Below, one piece after another: positions 9,535 through 18,962 of a stretch of 54,207 bases of DNA. The position numbers were made by a program, and so were the translations under genes. Source of the stretch: an uncultured Nitrospiraceae bacterium (GTDB taxonomy: Bacteria; Hydrogenedentota; Hydrogenedentia; Hydrogenedentales; SLHB01); assembly GCA_964520685.1 (NCBI GenBank), contig CAZFOG010000004.1, positions 1-54,207 of the forward strand, written 5' to 3'. Numbering within the stretch: position 1 is the first letter of the stretch; each line of letters begins with the position of its first letter. The notes beneath the pieces are model-generated. The model saw only the letters and a program-made list of their open reading frames with translations. It searched no databases and had not been told where the DNA came from.

Positions 9535-10566
9535 TCAGGCGGTGTGTGATGGCGCCAGAAAGGCTTCCACGCCTTTGAGGTCCAACTCGCGCGCGAAATG
9601 ACACGCGGCGCAGTGGCCATCACCAATATCGGCCAGCTCCGGGCGGTCCTGTTTGCATATATCCTGAGCATACCGGCAACGGGGATGAAATGCACACCCG
9701 GGCGGCAGGTTTGACGGGTCGGCCACTTCCCCCTGAAGCAGCACCCGCTTCCCGGCCCGGCCGGGCTCCGGTTTGGGCACGGCGCTCATCAGGGCTTCGG
9801 TATAGGGGTGCCTCGGGCGGTGGAACAGCTCGTTGGTTTCGGCCAGCTCGACGAGGCGGCCGCAATACATCACCGCGACCCGCGAACTGATGTTCTCAAC
9901 AACGGACAGGTCGTGGGCCACGAACAGGTAGGTCAGGCCGAATTCTTCCTGGAGGTCTTTCAGGAGGTTGATGATCTGTGCCTGCACGGAGACATCGAGG
10001 GCTGACACGGGCTCGTCGCAAACAATCAGTTTCGGGTTCAGCACCAGGGCGCGGGCGATCCCGATGCGCTGGCGCTGACCGCCGCTGAACGCGTGGGGGT
10101 AGCGCCGGAGAAATTCGACCTGCAACCCCGTCGCCTGAGTCACCCAGCGCACGCGGTCTTCGATTTCGCTCTTGCTGCCGTATCCGAGTGCCTTCAAGGG
10201 CTCACCGATGATATCGAGCACCGTCATGCGCGGGTTCAACGAGGAAAAGGGGTCCTGGAAGATCATCTGCATGTGGCGGCGGAATTGCCTGAGCCGCTCC
10301 CCCTGCAAAGCGCTCAGATCGATGCGTTCGCCGTCCAGATGGAAGTGCATCGTACCCGCAGTGCGCTCGATGAGGCGGAGAATCATGCGGCCCGTGGTGG
10401 TCTTGCCGCAGCCGCTTTCGCCCACGAGACCAAGCGTCTCGCCGCGGTTGATGTGAAACGAGACGTCGTCCACCGCGCGGATTTCACCGACTTGTTTCCG
10501 CAGGAGGCCGGCCTCGATCGGGAAGAATTTGGTCAGGCCCTCTATTTCCAGCAATGGTTGCGTCAT
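9535..10566 (-). CDS. Oligopeptide/dipeptide-type ABC importer ATPase (OppF/DppF-like)
   Basis: The internal ATG at 10566 ([15 protein letters not shown]) forms an ATGA overlap with the upstream stop (10563-10566). Walker A GESGCGKTT, signature FSGGQRQR, Walker B VCDEPVSALD. Cys-rich Opp C-terminal region: PPGCAFHPRCRYAQDIC...HCAACH. Confidence 0.9.
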   Translation of the reverse strand: MTQPLLEIEGLTKFFPIEAGLLRKQVGEIRAVDDVSFHINRGETLGLVGESGCGKTTTGRMILRLIERTAGTMHFHLDGERIDLSALQGERLRQFRRHMQMIFQDPFSSLNPRMTVLDIIGEPLKALGYGSKSEIEDRVRWVTQATGLQVEFLRRYPHAFSGGQRQRIGIARALVLNPKLIVCDEPVSALDVSVQAQIINLLKDLQEEFGLTYLFVAHDLSVVENISSRVAVMYCGRLVELAETNELFHRPRHPYTEALMSAVPKPEPGRAGKRVLLQGEVADPSNLPPGCAFHPRCRYAQDICKQDRPELADIGDGHCAACHFARELDLKGVEAFLAPSHTA

Positions 10567-11612
10567 GGAAGCTCCTGTCCCATACGTTCTTCGGACACCG
10601 GCCCATGCTCGTTGAAGAGGTGGCAGGTTACGGTGTGGTTCTTGTCGATACGGCGCACGGCAGGAGGGGCGCCCATATTGCATTTGCCGTTGATGACATG
10701 ACCGCAACGGGGATGGAAAGGGCATCCCGGGGGCGCGCTGAACGGGTCCGGCACCGAGCCGGTGATGGAGGCCAGGCGCTGCCTGTTGCCCTTCCCGATG
10801 CGGGGAATTGATTCAAGCAAGGCTATGGTGTACGGGTGTTTTGGGTTGTTGAAGATTTCGCGCACCGGCCCGTGCTCAACCACCAGGCCGAGATACATGA
10901 CCGCCACTTCGTCGGTCGTCTCCGCTACAACGCCCAGATCATGGGTGATCATGATGACGGACATGCCGAGTTCTTCGCGCAGCCGGGCGATAAGGGTCAG
11001 GATTTGCGCCTGGATGGTGACGTCAAGCGCGGTGGTCGGTTCGTCGGCGATGAGCAGCCGGGGGTTGCAGGCCAGGGCCATGGCGATCATGCTGCGCTGG
11101 CGAAGACCGCCGGACAGCTCATGGGGGTAGGCATCGACGCGCCGTTCGGGCAACGGCACGCCGACCAGGTGCAGCATTTCGATGGCGCGGGTACGGGCTT
11201 CTTTCTTGCCGACATTCTGATGAAGCTTGATGGTTTCGATGATCTGGTTGCCGATGGTGTGAACGGGAGAGAGGGACGTCATGGGTTCCTGGAAGATCAT
11301 CGAAATGTCGCCGCCGCGTATGGCCCGCAGCGCCCGTGCATGCGGTTTGAATGCGGTCAGGTCGATGGGAGCGCCGTGGTCCTGGCGTGGCGCGAGGCGG
11401 ATGGTTCCCCGCACAATGCGCGCGCGGTTCGGCAGAATGCGCATCATGGCCTTTGCGGTGACGCTCTTGCCGCACCCGCTCTCGCCGACCAGCCCGAGGC
11501 TGCGGTTGTGGCCCACGTCAAGCGTAACGCCGTTGACGGCCCGAACGGTGCCCTCCTTGAGGTCGAACCGGACTTCCAGGTCTTGCACTTCCAGCAAATT
11601 GTCCACGGCCAT
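10563..11612 (-). CDS. Oligopeptide/dipeptide-type ABC importer ATPase (OppD/DppD-like)
   Basis: Walker [10 protein letters not shown], signature LSGGLRQR, Walker [12 protein letters not shown]-terminal region [14 protein letters not shown]...[10 protein letters not shown]. Confidence 0.9.
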   Translation of the reverse strand: MAVDNLLEVQDLEVRFDLKEGTVRAVNGVTLDVGHNRSLGLVGESGCGKSVTAKAMMRILPNRARIVRGTIRLAPRQDHGAPIDLTAFKPHARALRAIRGGDISMIFQEPMTSLSPVHTIGNQIIETIKLHQNVGKKEARTRAIEMLHLVGVPLPERRVDAYPHELSGGLRQRSMIAMALACNPRLLIADEPTTALDVTIQAQILTLIARLREELGMSVIMITHDLGVVAETTDEVAVMYLGLVVEHGPVREIFNNPKHPYTIALLESIPRIGKGNRQRLASITGSVPDPFSAPPGCPFHPRCGHVINGKCNMGAPPAVRRIDKNHTVTCHLFNEHGPVSEERMGQELP

Positions 11613-11615
11613 TCC

Positions 11616-12785
11616 TCAGTGACTGTACGGGTCGGCCGCATCGCGCAGGCCGTCCCCCATGAAATTAAACATCAGCACCGCCACGATGACGAACGCGATG
11701 GGCCACATGAGCCAGGGGTAGAGGCGAATGGCGCTCACACTCTGGGCATCCTGCAACAGCACCCCCCAACTGATCGTGGGCGGGCGGAGCCCGAGTTTAA
11801 GGAAGCTGAGCGACGTCTCGGCAATAATCATGCCCGGGATCTGGAGCGTGACGCTCACGATGATGTGGCTCAAGAAACCCGGCATCAGGTGGCGCATGAG
11901 GATCGAGAACTCCTTGCGGCCGGCAACGCGCGCCGCCAAAGCGTAGTCTTCTTCGCGCAACGACAGGATCTTCCCGCGGACAACCTGCGCCAGGCTCGTC
12001 CACGAGATGAAGGCTAATATGACGGTCATGAAGAAATAGACGGTGACTTGCGACCATGTAGCCGGCATGGCTGCCGAGAGGGACATCCACAGGGGGATTT
12101 GCGGGAAAGAGCGCAGTATCTCAATGAATCGCTGGATAAGGATGTCAAACCGCCCGCCATAATAACCCGACACACCGCCGATGACGACGCCCAATACGAG
12201 ACTGAAAAGAACGCCAACCAGTCCTATGGAGAGGGAAATGCGGCTTCCGTAGATGATGCGGCTGAAGAGGTCGCGGCCCAGCCGGTCGCACCCCATCAGA
12301 TTGAACCGCGCAACGGATACGGCGGCCTGGCCGTTCTCATCGGCGCTCTCGACATGCCCGAGCCCGAACAAATGCCGTTCCATGGGGATAAGCCCCCAGA
12401 GTTTGTATGGATCGCCTTTGACGAAGAATCGGACAGGGAGGCGTGCGTCTTTGTCGGCGGCGTAGTAGAGCCGGAGGGTTTCGGGGTCCCGGTGCTGTAC
12501 CTGGTCGTAGACGAAGGGCCAGCACAGGCGGCCGTCATGAATCATGTGAATGCCCTGGGGCGGGGCGAAACTGCGTTCTTTGGCGCGTTTGTTGGGGGCG
12601 CTTGGAGCAATGAACTCACAGAAGACGGCCATCACATACAGGAAGATGAGTACGCAGGACGAGAACACCGCCAGCCGGTGGTCAAGGAATTTCCACCACA
12701 TGAGCCGCCATTGGGAAGCCATGTAGAGTCTTTCGTCCTTCGACGGCGCGCCCGGTTTCGTGGTTTGTGCTTCGGCCTCAGTCAT
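11616..12785 (-). CDS. ABC importer permease (OppC/DppC-like)
   Basis: The ATG at 12785 (MTEAEAQTTKPG) forms an ATGA overlap with the upstream stop (12782-12785). Multi-TM protein with a binding-protein-dependent permease core (RISLSIGLVGV...; EAA-loop-like EDYALAARVAGRKEFSILMRHLMP). Confidence 0.85.
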   Translation of the reverse strand: MTEAEAQTTKPGAPSKDERLYMASQWRLMWWKFLDHRLAVFSSCVLIFLYVMAVFCEFIAPSAPNKRAKERSFAPPQGIHMIHDGRLCWPFVYDQVQHRDPETLRLYYAADKDARLPVRFFVKGDPYKLWGLIPMERHLFGLGHVESADENGQAAVSVARFNLMGCDRLGRDLFSRIIYGSRISLSIGLVGVLFSLVLGVVIGGVSGYYGGRFDILIQRFIEILRSFPQIPLWMSLSAAMPATWSQVTVYFFMTVILAFISWTSLAQVVRGKILSLREEDYALAARVAGRKEFSILMRHLMPGFLSHIIVSVTLQIPGMIIAETSLSFLKLGLRPPTISWGVLLQDAQSVSAIRLYPWLMWPIAFVIVAVLMFNFMGDGLRDAADPYSH

Positions 12786-13780
12786 GACTTCTGCCTTTCG
12801 AAGCGGATGCGCGGATCGACCCACGCCAGCAGGATATCGGAGATCAGGGTGCCGATAACCGTCAGGACACTCAGAATCATCACCATGCTGCCGGCCAGAT
12901 ACATGTCCTGTTCCATGAGGGCTCGCAGCAGCAACGGCCCCACCATGGGCAGCCCGAGCACCATGGCGACAATGGCGCTTCCCGAAAACAGCGCGGGCAG
13001 CATCCAGCCGATGGTGCTTATCATGGGGTTAATGGCTACGCGGACCGGATACTTCACGAGCAGGCGCGTCTCGGATACGCCCTTTGCGCGCGCTGTGACC
13101 ACATAGGGCATCTCGAGTTGATCCAGCAGGTTGGCGCGCATCGTGCGGATCATGCCCGCGGTGCCCGCCACGCCCAGGATGACCACCGGGACCCATATAT
13201 GCACGAGAAGATCGCCCACCTTGGCCCAGGACCACGGCGCGTCAATGTAAGGATCGGAAAAGAGTCCCCCAACGCTTACCCCCAGCACTTCGGACGAGAA
13301 ATACATCACGAGAAGGGCCAGGGAAAACTGAGGCGTGGCCATTCCGATGAATCCCAGGATGGTAATTCCATAATCGGAGGCTTTGTACTGATGCGTTGCC
13401 GAGTAAATGCCTATGGGAATCGCGACGATCCACGTGAAGATAATGGCGCAGAACGTGACCGCCACAGTGAGGGCAACGCGCTCGCCAATCAGCTCGGTCA
13501 CGGGCTTGTTCATGGAGAACGACTGGCCCAGGTCGCCCCGGGTCAGAATACCGCCCATCCAGATGAAATATTGCTCGTACATGGGCTTGTCGAGTCCGTA
13601 ACGTTTGCGCAATGCCTCGACCTGAGCCGCGTCGGCTTCTTCGCCCGTTTCCTGCAGGTTGGCAATCATGGTGGTCAGATAATCGCCCGGCGGCAGTTGA
13701 ATGATGATGAACGTGATGACCGAGATCACGAACAGCGTGGGAATCATGAGCAATATGCGCCTGACGATATAGCTGATCAT
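12782..13780 (-). CDS. ABC importer permease (OppB/DppB-like)
   Basis: Classic OppB N-terminus MISYIVRRILLMIPTLFVISVITFIIIQLPPGDY. EAA-loop-like YVVTARAKGVSETRLLVKYPVR. ATGA overlap with the upstream SBP gene (13777-13780). Confidence 0.9.
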   Translation of the reverse strand: MISYIVRRILLMIPTLFVISVITFIIIQLPPGDYLTTMIANLQETGEEADAAQVEALRKRYGLDKPMYEQYFIWMGGILTRGDLGQSFSMNKPVTELIGERVALTVAVTFCAIIFTWIVAIPIGIYSATHQYKASDYGITILGFIGMATPQFSLALLVMYFSSEVLGVSVGGLFSDPYIDAPWSWAKVGDLLVHIWVPVVILGVAGTAGMIRTMRANLLDQLEMPYVVTARAKGVSETRLLVKYPVRVAINPMISTIGWMLPALFSGSAIVAMVLGLPMVGPLLLRALMEQDMYLAGSMVMILSVLTVIGTLISDILLAWVDPRIRFERQKS

Positions 13781-15690
13781 TCCGTCCCCTTCTCCTGTTG
13801 CGCAAAGAAAAACTGCTCAATGCCGATATAGCCCGGCGTAAACACCCGGTAATCGTGGATAATGCTGTCCGGGACGTTTCTGAAATCATTCCCCACAATG
13901 GTCAGCAGTTCCTGACGGCATATGCCGACAGTGTAGCACTGTTCGGACCACTGACGCAGTATGTTGCGGCCGAGCTCGAGGCGTCTATTCTCATCCGTAG
14001 CGCCCAGCAGCTCCTGGTACCAGTCGTACAGGCGCTGATACTCTTCCGGCGGTTTGACCCCCATGGCATCTTTCCCGTTGCTGGCGATATACCGCCCATA
14101 CAAGGGCGCGAAATAGCTGCTGTTCCGGCACGGCAGATACCATATCGGATCCAGCACCCAGTGAATGCCCGCGGTGGCATAGGCCCAGAAATCCGTGTTG
14201 CCGTTCCACATCCGCATCGGACTCAGCATGACGGCATCGACCTGGACCGCAAAATCCAGCCCGACCTCCCGGAAGTAATCCGCCACGAGTTCCCAGAGTT
14301 CGTTTGGCGTGCCGACTTCGGTGGCGTACACATTAATGATTTGCCGGAAAGGCTTGCCGTTGGGCAGCATGCGCATCCCTCCCGGGCCGCGAATGAGGCC
14401 AACGCCGTCGAGCAGTTCGCTGGCTCGGGCAGGGTCGTATTCCAGGTACCTTTCGTCGAATTCGGGCAGGTAATAGGGATCGTACGGGGAAGCAATGGCC
14501 CGCGATGGCTCGGCCATGCCCGAGAAGAGGATGAAATTGATCTCGTCGCGGTTAATCGCCAGTGACAATGCGATCCGAAAATCGCGCTGCGCAAGTATCG
14601 GCCGAATCTCTTCGTTCTTGCTGTGTGGGTTGACGTAAAGCACCACCGAACCGGGGTTGATGTCGCGCATCACCCGGTAATTCCCCCGCGTGCGGTTCTC
14701 CATGAAAAGGGCGAAATTCGAAGCATCGATGCGGCGCGCCTGAAAGTCCGTTTCGCCGGCCATGGCTTTCATGGTGACGATTTCGTTGTTCTGGACATCG
14801 GTGAACGCGACCTCGTCGATGTAGGGCAGTTGGTTTCCCGCGGGGTCCACCTTCCAGTAGTAGGGATTGCGCCGCGCGATTACCCGCTGGGCGGGAGGTT
14901 CGTTCTCGAGCTTGAAAGGGCGGTACGTAGGGCATTCCGGGTTCTGATTTACGTCGGCTTCGCGGTAGTAGAGGTCGCGCCAATGACTTAAACCGGCATC
15001 TCGGACAAGACGCTCGAGTTCTTCCGCATCGCGGAAACTCCTGTGGAACTGTTCGAGGTAATGGCGGGGGGCCAGGATGTGCGTGCCGTTGTATGCCATC
15101 ATTTCGGGAAAAATGCTGTAGGGCTGCGCAAACTCGAAGACCACCGTGTAGGCATCCGGCGTATGACAGCGCACCGGCGCATCATTGATCTCGAGCCATG
15201 GCGGAAACAGGGGAGACAGATCGGTGTTTGCCAATTGCTCGTTTACGAAGAAATCGATGTCCGCGGCGGTGAGCGGATGCCCGTCCGACCACTTCACGCC
15301 CTTCCTCAGGTGAAACACAAAGGTGCGCCCGTCATCGAGCATCTCCCAGCGCTCCGCGAGATTGGGTACTACCGTCTTGCCATCGCGCGCCCAGCGGACC
15401 AGCGGCTCATAGCCCATGCGTGTATTGAGCAGGAGGTCGCGATTGCCAAGGGTAAAGCGGCGCCACGTGCCTCCGTATTGCCCGATTTCCCTGACGGGCT
15501 CGACGAGCATCGGGTTTTCGGGCAAGCGCTCGTTGACGGGCGGCAGCTGGCCACGCTCCACCAGTGCGCGCAGGACCGGCGCTTCCTGGTAGGCGTAACT
15601 GGCGGTTCCGAGCAGGCACAGGGCCATTACCCACACAAACCGCCTTTGTGTCCCCCGTGAGATAAAAAGAGGTTGCATCAAACGTTTCAT
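13777..15690 (-). CDS. Extracellular solute-binding protein, family 5 (Opp/Dpp-type), paralog 1
   Basis: The track ORF extends to 15957 across the upstream gene. The ATG at 15690 gives MKRLMQPLF...FVWVMALCLLGTASYA (signal peptide), followed by YQEAPVLRALVERGQLPPVNERLPENP. Collinear similarity to the upstream SBP over the full length. Confidence 0.85.
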   Translation of the reverse strand: MKRLMQPLFISRGTQRRFVWVMALCLLGTASYAYQEAPVLRALVERGQLPPVNERLPENPMLVEPVREIGQYGGTWRRFTLGNRDLLLNTRMGYEPLVRWARDGKTVVPNLAERWEMLDDGRTFVFHLRKGVKWSDGHPLTAADIDFFVNEQLANTDLSPLFPPWLEINDAPVRCHTPDAYTVVFEFAQPYSIFPEMMAYNGTHILAPRHYLEQFHRSFRDAEELERLVRDAGLSHWRDLYYREADVNQNPECPTYRPFKLENEPPAQRVIARRNPYYWKVDPAGNQLPYIDEVAFTDVQNNEIVTMKAMAGETDFQARRIDASNFALFMENRTRGNYRVMRDINPGSVVLYVNPHSKNEEIRPILAQRDFRIALSLAINRDEINFILFSGMAEPSRAIASPYDPYYLPEFDERYLEYDPARASELLDGVGLIRGPGGMRMLPNGKPFRQIINVYATEVGTPNELWELVADYFREVGLDFAVQVDAVMLSPMRMWNGNTDFWAYATAGIHWVLDPIWYLPCRNSSYFAPLYGRYIASNGKDAMGVKPPEEYQRLYDWYQELLGATDENRRLELGRNILRQWSEQCYTVGICRQELLTIVGNDFRNVPDSIIHDYRVFTPGYIGIEQFFFAQQEKGTE

Positions 15691-15736
15691 TTGCCGGAAT
15701 TTGCCGCATGACGGCGCCAGGCAGACCAGAGTCCGC

Positions 15737-15765
15737 ACTATGGCGGAAACGCGGCCTGATTTCAA
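15737..15765 (-). promoter_or_regulatory. Candidate internal sigma70-type promoter between the two SBP genes
   Basis: On the minus strand: TTGAAA (15760-15765), 17-nt spacer, CATAGT (15737-15742). It sits in the only sizeable gap (98 nt) in the 14-gene train. Confidence 0.25.
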
Positions 15766-15788
15766 GCCAAGGGCGGGCACGCGCAGCC

Positions 15789-17675
15789 TCATCCGCCGAC
15801 CGCGGGGTCGATGTAAAACTGCTCGATGCCGATATAGCCCGGTGTGTAGATGCGCCAGTCGTGGATGATGCTCTCCGGCACATTCTTGAACCGGTTTGAG
15901 ACGATGGTCACCAATTCCGATCGGCAGATTCCGATGATGTAGCACTGGTCGGCCCATTGCCGGAGAATCTTGTGGGCGTAGTCGACTTGCGTCTGCCGGT
16001 CGTCAACGACCAGGGTCAAAGCCTCGTACCACTCAACCAATTGCTGGAACTCGGGCGAGGGCTTTACGCCGGCCTTGCCACCGGTGCCGATGTAACGCCC
16101 GTAGAGGGGGGCAAAATAGCTGATGCTCAGCAGGGGAACATACCATTTGGGATCCACAATGAAGTGCATGCCCGGCTGCTGATACGCCCAGAAGTCACTG
16201 TTGCCATTGGCGATGTGCATTACGCTCAAGGTGACCGAATCCTGTTGCACGGCGAAATCGAGGCCCACTTCACGAAAGTGGTCGGCCACCAGTTGCCAGA
16301 GTTCCATGGTGGTTCCTGCTTCCGAAGGGTAGACATGCAATACCGGCCGGAACGGGCGCCCGCTGGGAAGGCGGCGGAGGCCGGTGGGGCCGCGAGGCAG
16401 GAGCCCATCGAGAATCTCGTTGGCACGGGTTGGGTCGTACTCGAGATATTTTTCGTCGAATTCCGGCAGATAAAACGGGTCGAAGGGTGAGACAACGCCC
16501 CGTGAGGGAACCGCCATGCCGGAGAACAGGATAAAGATAACCTCCTCACGGTCCACGGCGATGCTGAGGGCGATGCGAAAATCGGGGTTTTGCAGGATCG
16601 GCCGCAGCTCATCGTCCTTGCTGTACTGGTTGATATAAAGACACAGGGTATCCGGCACGAGATCCCGCATTACGCGGTAGCCGTATCGTTCGCGGTTCTC
16701 CATGAAGATGGGATATGCGGAAGCATCAATACGGCGGGCCTGGAAATCCACCTCGCCCGACATGGCCTTCATGGTCAGCACTTCGTTGTTGGCTACGTCC
16801 GTGTAGGCAATCTCGTCGATATACGGGAGCTGGTTTCCTTCGGGGTCCACCTTCCAGTAATAGGGATTGCGTTTAGCGATAACACGGGGCGAGGTGGGGT
16901 CGTTCGCCAATTGAAATGCCCTGTACGTGGGCAGTTCCTTGTTTTCATTCAAACTTGCCATCACGGCGTACAACTGGCGCCAATGCTCGAAACCTCTCTC
17001 CCGGACACGGCGGCCAAGCTCCTCGGGGTCGGCAAAATCCCCGTGGAACTGCGTCATGTAATGTTTGGGTCTCACCATGTATGTCGCCCGGTATGCCACC
17101 AATTCCGGGAAGATGCCGTAGGGCCGTGCGAAGGTGAACACGATGGTATACGGGTCCGGGGCGGAAAACACCGCGCGCTTGCCGTCCACAACCAGCCAGT
17201 CGGGGTACACGGGCCCGAGCTCGGGATGCCCTATCACGTGTTTGAAGTGAAAATCGAAATCGGCGGAGGTCATCGGGTGGCCGTCCGACCATTTGAGCCC
17301 TTTGCGCAGGTGAAAGACGAAAGTCCGGCCACCGTCCAGCACATCCCAGGATTTGGCCAGACCCGGTTCGATGTTCTTGCCGGTTCTATCCCACCGGATG
17401 AGCGGATCGTATCCCAAACGGGTGTCGAGCTGCAGGTCGCGCAGGCCCAGGGTCAGCCGCCGCCAGGTGCCGCCGTAGATGCCGATTTCGTTAACCGGCG
17501 TGACTATGGCCGGTTCCTCGGGAAGCCGTTCTTCGACAGGAGGCAACTCACCACGCTCGACGAGGTCGCGCAGCATGGGGGCCTCCTGCCAGGCGGCCGC
17601 GGATGGCTCGGCGGGGCATGTCGCTGCTGCGATTACAAGGCATAGCGTTTGGAGTCTCGTGCCGGGCCTACTCAT
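15789..17675 (-). CDS. Extracellular solute-binding protein, family 5 (Opp/Dpp-type), paralog 2
   Basis: MSRPGTRLQTLCLVIAAATC...WQEAPMLRDLVERGELPPVEERLPEEP. Shared blocks with paralog 1 include GGTWRR, KWSDGHP, YYWKVDP.GNQLPYIDE and IHD.R.(F/Y)TPGYIGIEQF. The start overlaps the upstream stop by 8 nt. Confidence 0.85.
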   Translation of the reverse strand: MSRPGTRLQTLCLVIAAATCPAEPSAAAWQEAPMLRDLVERGELPPVEERLPEEPAIVTPVNEIGIYGGTWRRLTLGLRDLQLDTRLGYDPLIRWDRTGKNIEPGLAKSWDVLDGGRTFVFHLRKGLKWSDGHPMTSADFDFHFKHVIGHPELGPVYPDWLVVDGKRAVFSAPDPYTIVFTFARPYGIFPELVAYRATYMVRPKHYMTQFHGDFADPEELGRRVRERGFEHWRQLYAVMASLNENKELPTYRAFQLANDPTSPRVIAKRNPYYWKVDPEGNQLPYIDEIAYTDVANNEVLTMKAMSGEVDFQARRIDASAYPIFMENRERYGYRVMRDLVPDTLCLYINQYSKDDELRPILQNPDFRIALSIAVDREEVIFILFSGMAVPSRGVVSPFDPFYLPEFDEKYLEYDPTRANEILDGLLPRGPTGLRRLPSGRPFRPVLHVYPSEAGTTMELWQLVADHFREVGLDFAVQQDSVTLSVMHIANGNSDFWAYQQPGMHFIVDPKWYVPLLSISYFAPLYGRYIGTGGKAGVKPSPEFQQLVEWYEALTLVVDDRQTQVDYAHKILRQWADQCYIIGICRSELVTIVSNRFKNVPESIIHDWRIYTPGYIGIEQFYIDPAVGG

Positions 17676-18954
17676 CGGGAGGGGTTAGCGACGCCTTGAA
17701 TGCCACGGCCGTCAGCGGTGGGAGTGGCAAGTCGCGCTTCGGATCGCCACCGTCATCGCCGGCCACGTGGCTCACGCTGTACAGTTGATACGAATCGTCT
17801 TTACGCGAATACCGGAACGGTTCAGCGGCATACACATCTACGGGAACCGAGTCGACATATTCAGGCACCAAACTCTCCAGCGATTCCGGATAGGCACCGT
17901 GTGCCTGCCGGTAGAGTTCCAGCGCCACGACCGCCCGCAATCCTTCGAGGTATGTCTCGGCGAGAGTCTTTCTCTCGACGACATCCGCCGCAAAGCTCGT
18001 GAAGCGTGTGGGCAGGGCCCTGCGTTCGATGGCGCGCGCGCGATGGTGCCGCCGTCTCCAGGCGGTCAATTCGGCGTAGGACATCGTGGCGGCCTCGCGC
18101 AACATGGCTTCCTGTTTGCGCGCGAAGCGCCGTAGGGCCGCTTCCTGCAGGTTCCTTGCGAGCCCGCCCGAAGATCCCTCTTCTGCGGTCGTGTACACGC
18201 CTGCGTCGATCAGACGCAGTTCCCAGTCGACGGTTGCAGAAAGTTCGAGGCCGGCGGGAGCGAGCTGCTCGAGTGCGGAAAGAAAGCCCCGGCATTGATC
18301 TGACGAATAATCCGCCCAGGGCAGGCACATCGCGGAGCCGGCCGCGTCCTTAATCATATCGCAACCCTTTAGCGCGTTTTCGAATGGTCCATCGCACGCC
18401 ACCTGATTTCCCAGCCGCAGGGCGGCCAGGGCGAACCGGATGGCGTCTTCCGGCCTGCCCTGCTTCGCCGCATACAGGGCCTGGCCGGACAGTATTCGAG
18501 ACAGCGTCTCGAAGGCCGCCAGGTTGTCGCGGTTGGTCTGCAGCGAGTCGACAGGCGCCCAGTAGAAGGATTGCGTATCCAGAATCCGGGTACTCTCTTC
18601 CGCCGCCGGGCGCGTCTGCTCGAGATACTCGAGAACCTTGGGGTGGTCGTCGGAGAGGCGGATGGCTAAGCGCGATGCAATGACCGACGGGCCCAGCCCG
18701 CCGCGTTGGGCGTCCAATACGGAGGGCCTGTCGGGGGGAGGGAGGGTTGGCAGGTTCGTTGTGAGCTTAGCGAGCCCGTAGTAGGCGTTTTCCGGTGATA
18801 TGCGCCGTGCGGCGGCTTCCGGCGATTCGGGTCCGATTAACGGTTCCGAACGGTAGAAGCGCACGCCGACGATGAGTATCGCAAGCAGCACGATTGCGCC
18901 GGCAAGGATCATGATCGTGCGTTTCGCGCTGGTCTTTTTGGTCTTGCGGCGCAA
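17668..18954 (-). CDS. Membrane-anchored hypothetical protein (paralog B) with GspG-like C-terminal motif
   Basis: The track ORF runs to 19278, overlapping the upstream gene. A TTG at 18952-18954 preceded by AGGAG (18960-18964, 5-nt spacer) gives (M)RRKTKKTSAKRTIMILAGAIVLLAILIVGV, a basic N-terminus plus one TM helix. The conservative alternative is ATG at 18912. C-terminal motif: LELYRQAHGAYPESLESLVPEYVDSVPVD...PFRY. Confidence 0.55.
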   Translation of the reverse strand: MRRKTKKTSAKRTIMILAGAIVLLAILIVGVRFYRSEPLIGPESPEAAARRISPENAYYGLAKLTTNLPTLPPPDRPSVLDAQRGGLGPSVIASRLAIRLSDDHPKVLEYLEQTRPAAEESTRILDTQSFYWAPVDSLQTNRDNLAAFETLSRILSGQALYAAKQGRPEDAIRFALAALRLGNQVACDGPFENALKGCDMIKDAAGSAMCLPWADYSSDQCRGFLSALEQLAPAGLELSATVDWELRLIDAGVYTTAEEGSSGGLARNLQEAALRRFARKQEAMLREAATMSYAELTAWRRRHHRARAIERRALPTRFTSFAADVVERKTLAETYLEGLRAVVALELYRQAHGAYPESLESLVPEYVDSVPVDVYAAEPFRYSRKDDSYQLYSVSHVAGDDGGDPKRDLPLPPLTAVAFKASLTPPDE

Positions 18955-18962
18955 ATCTGCTC

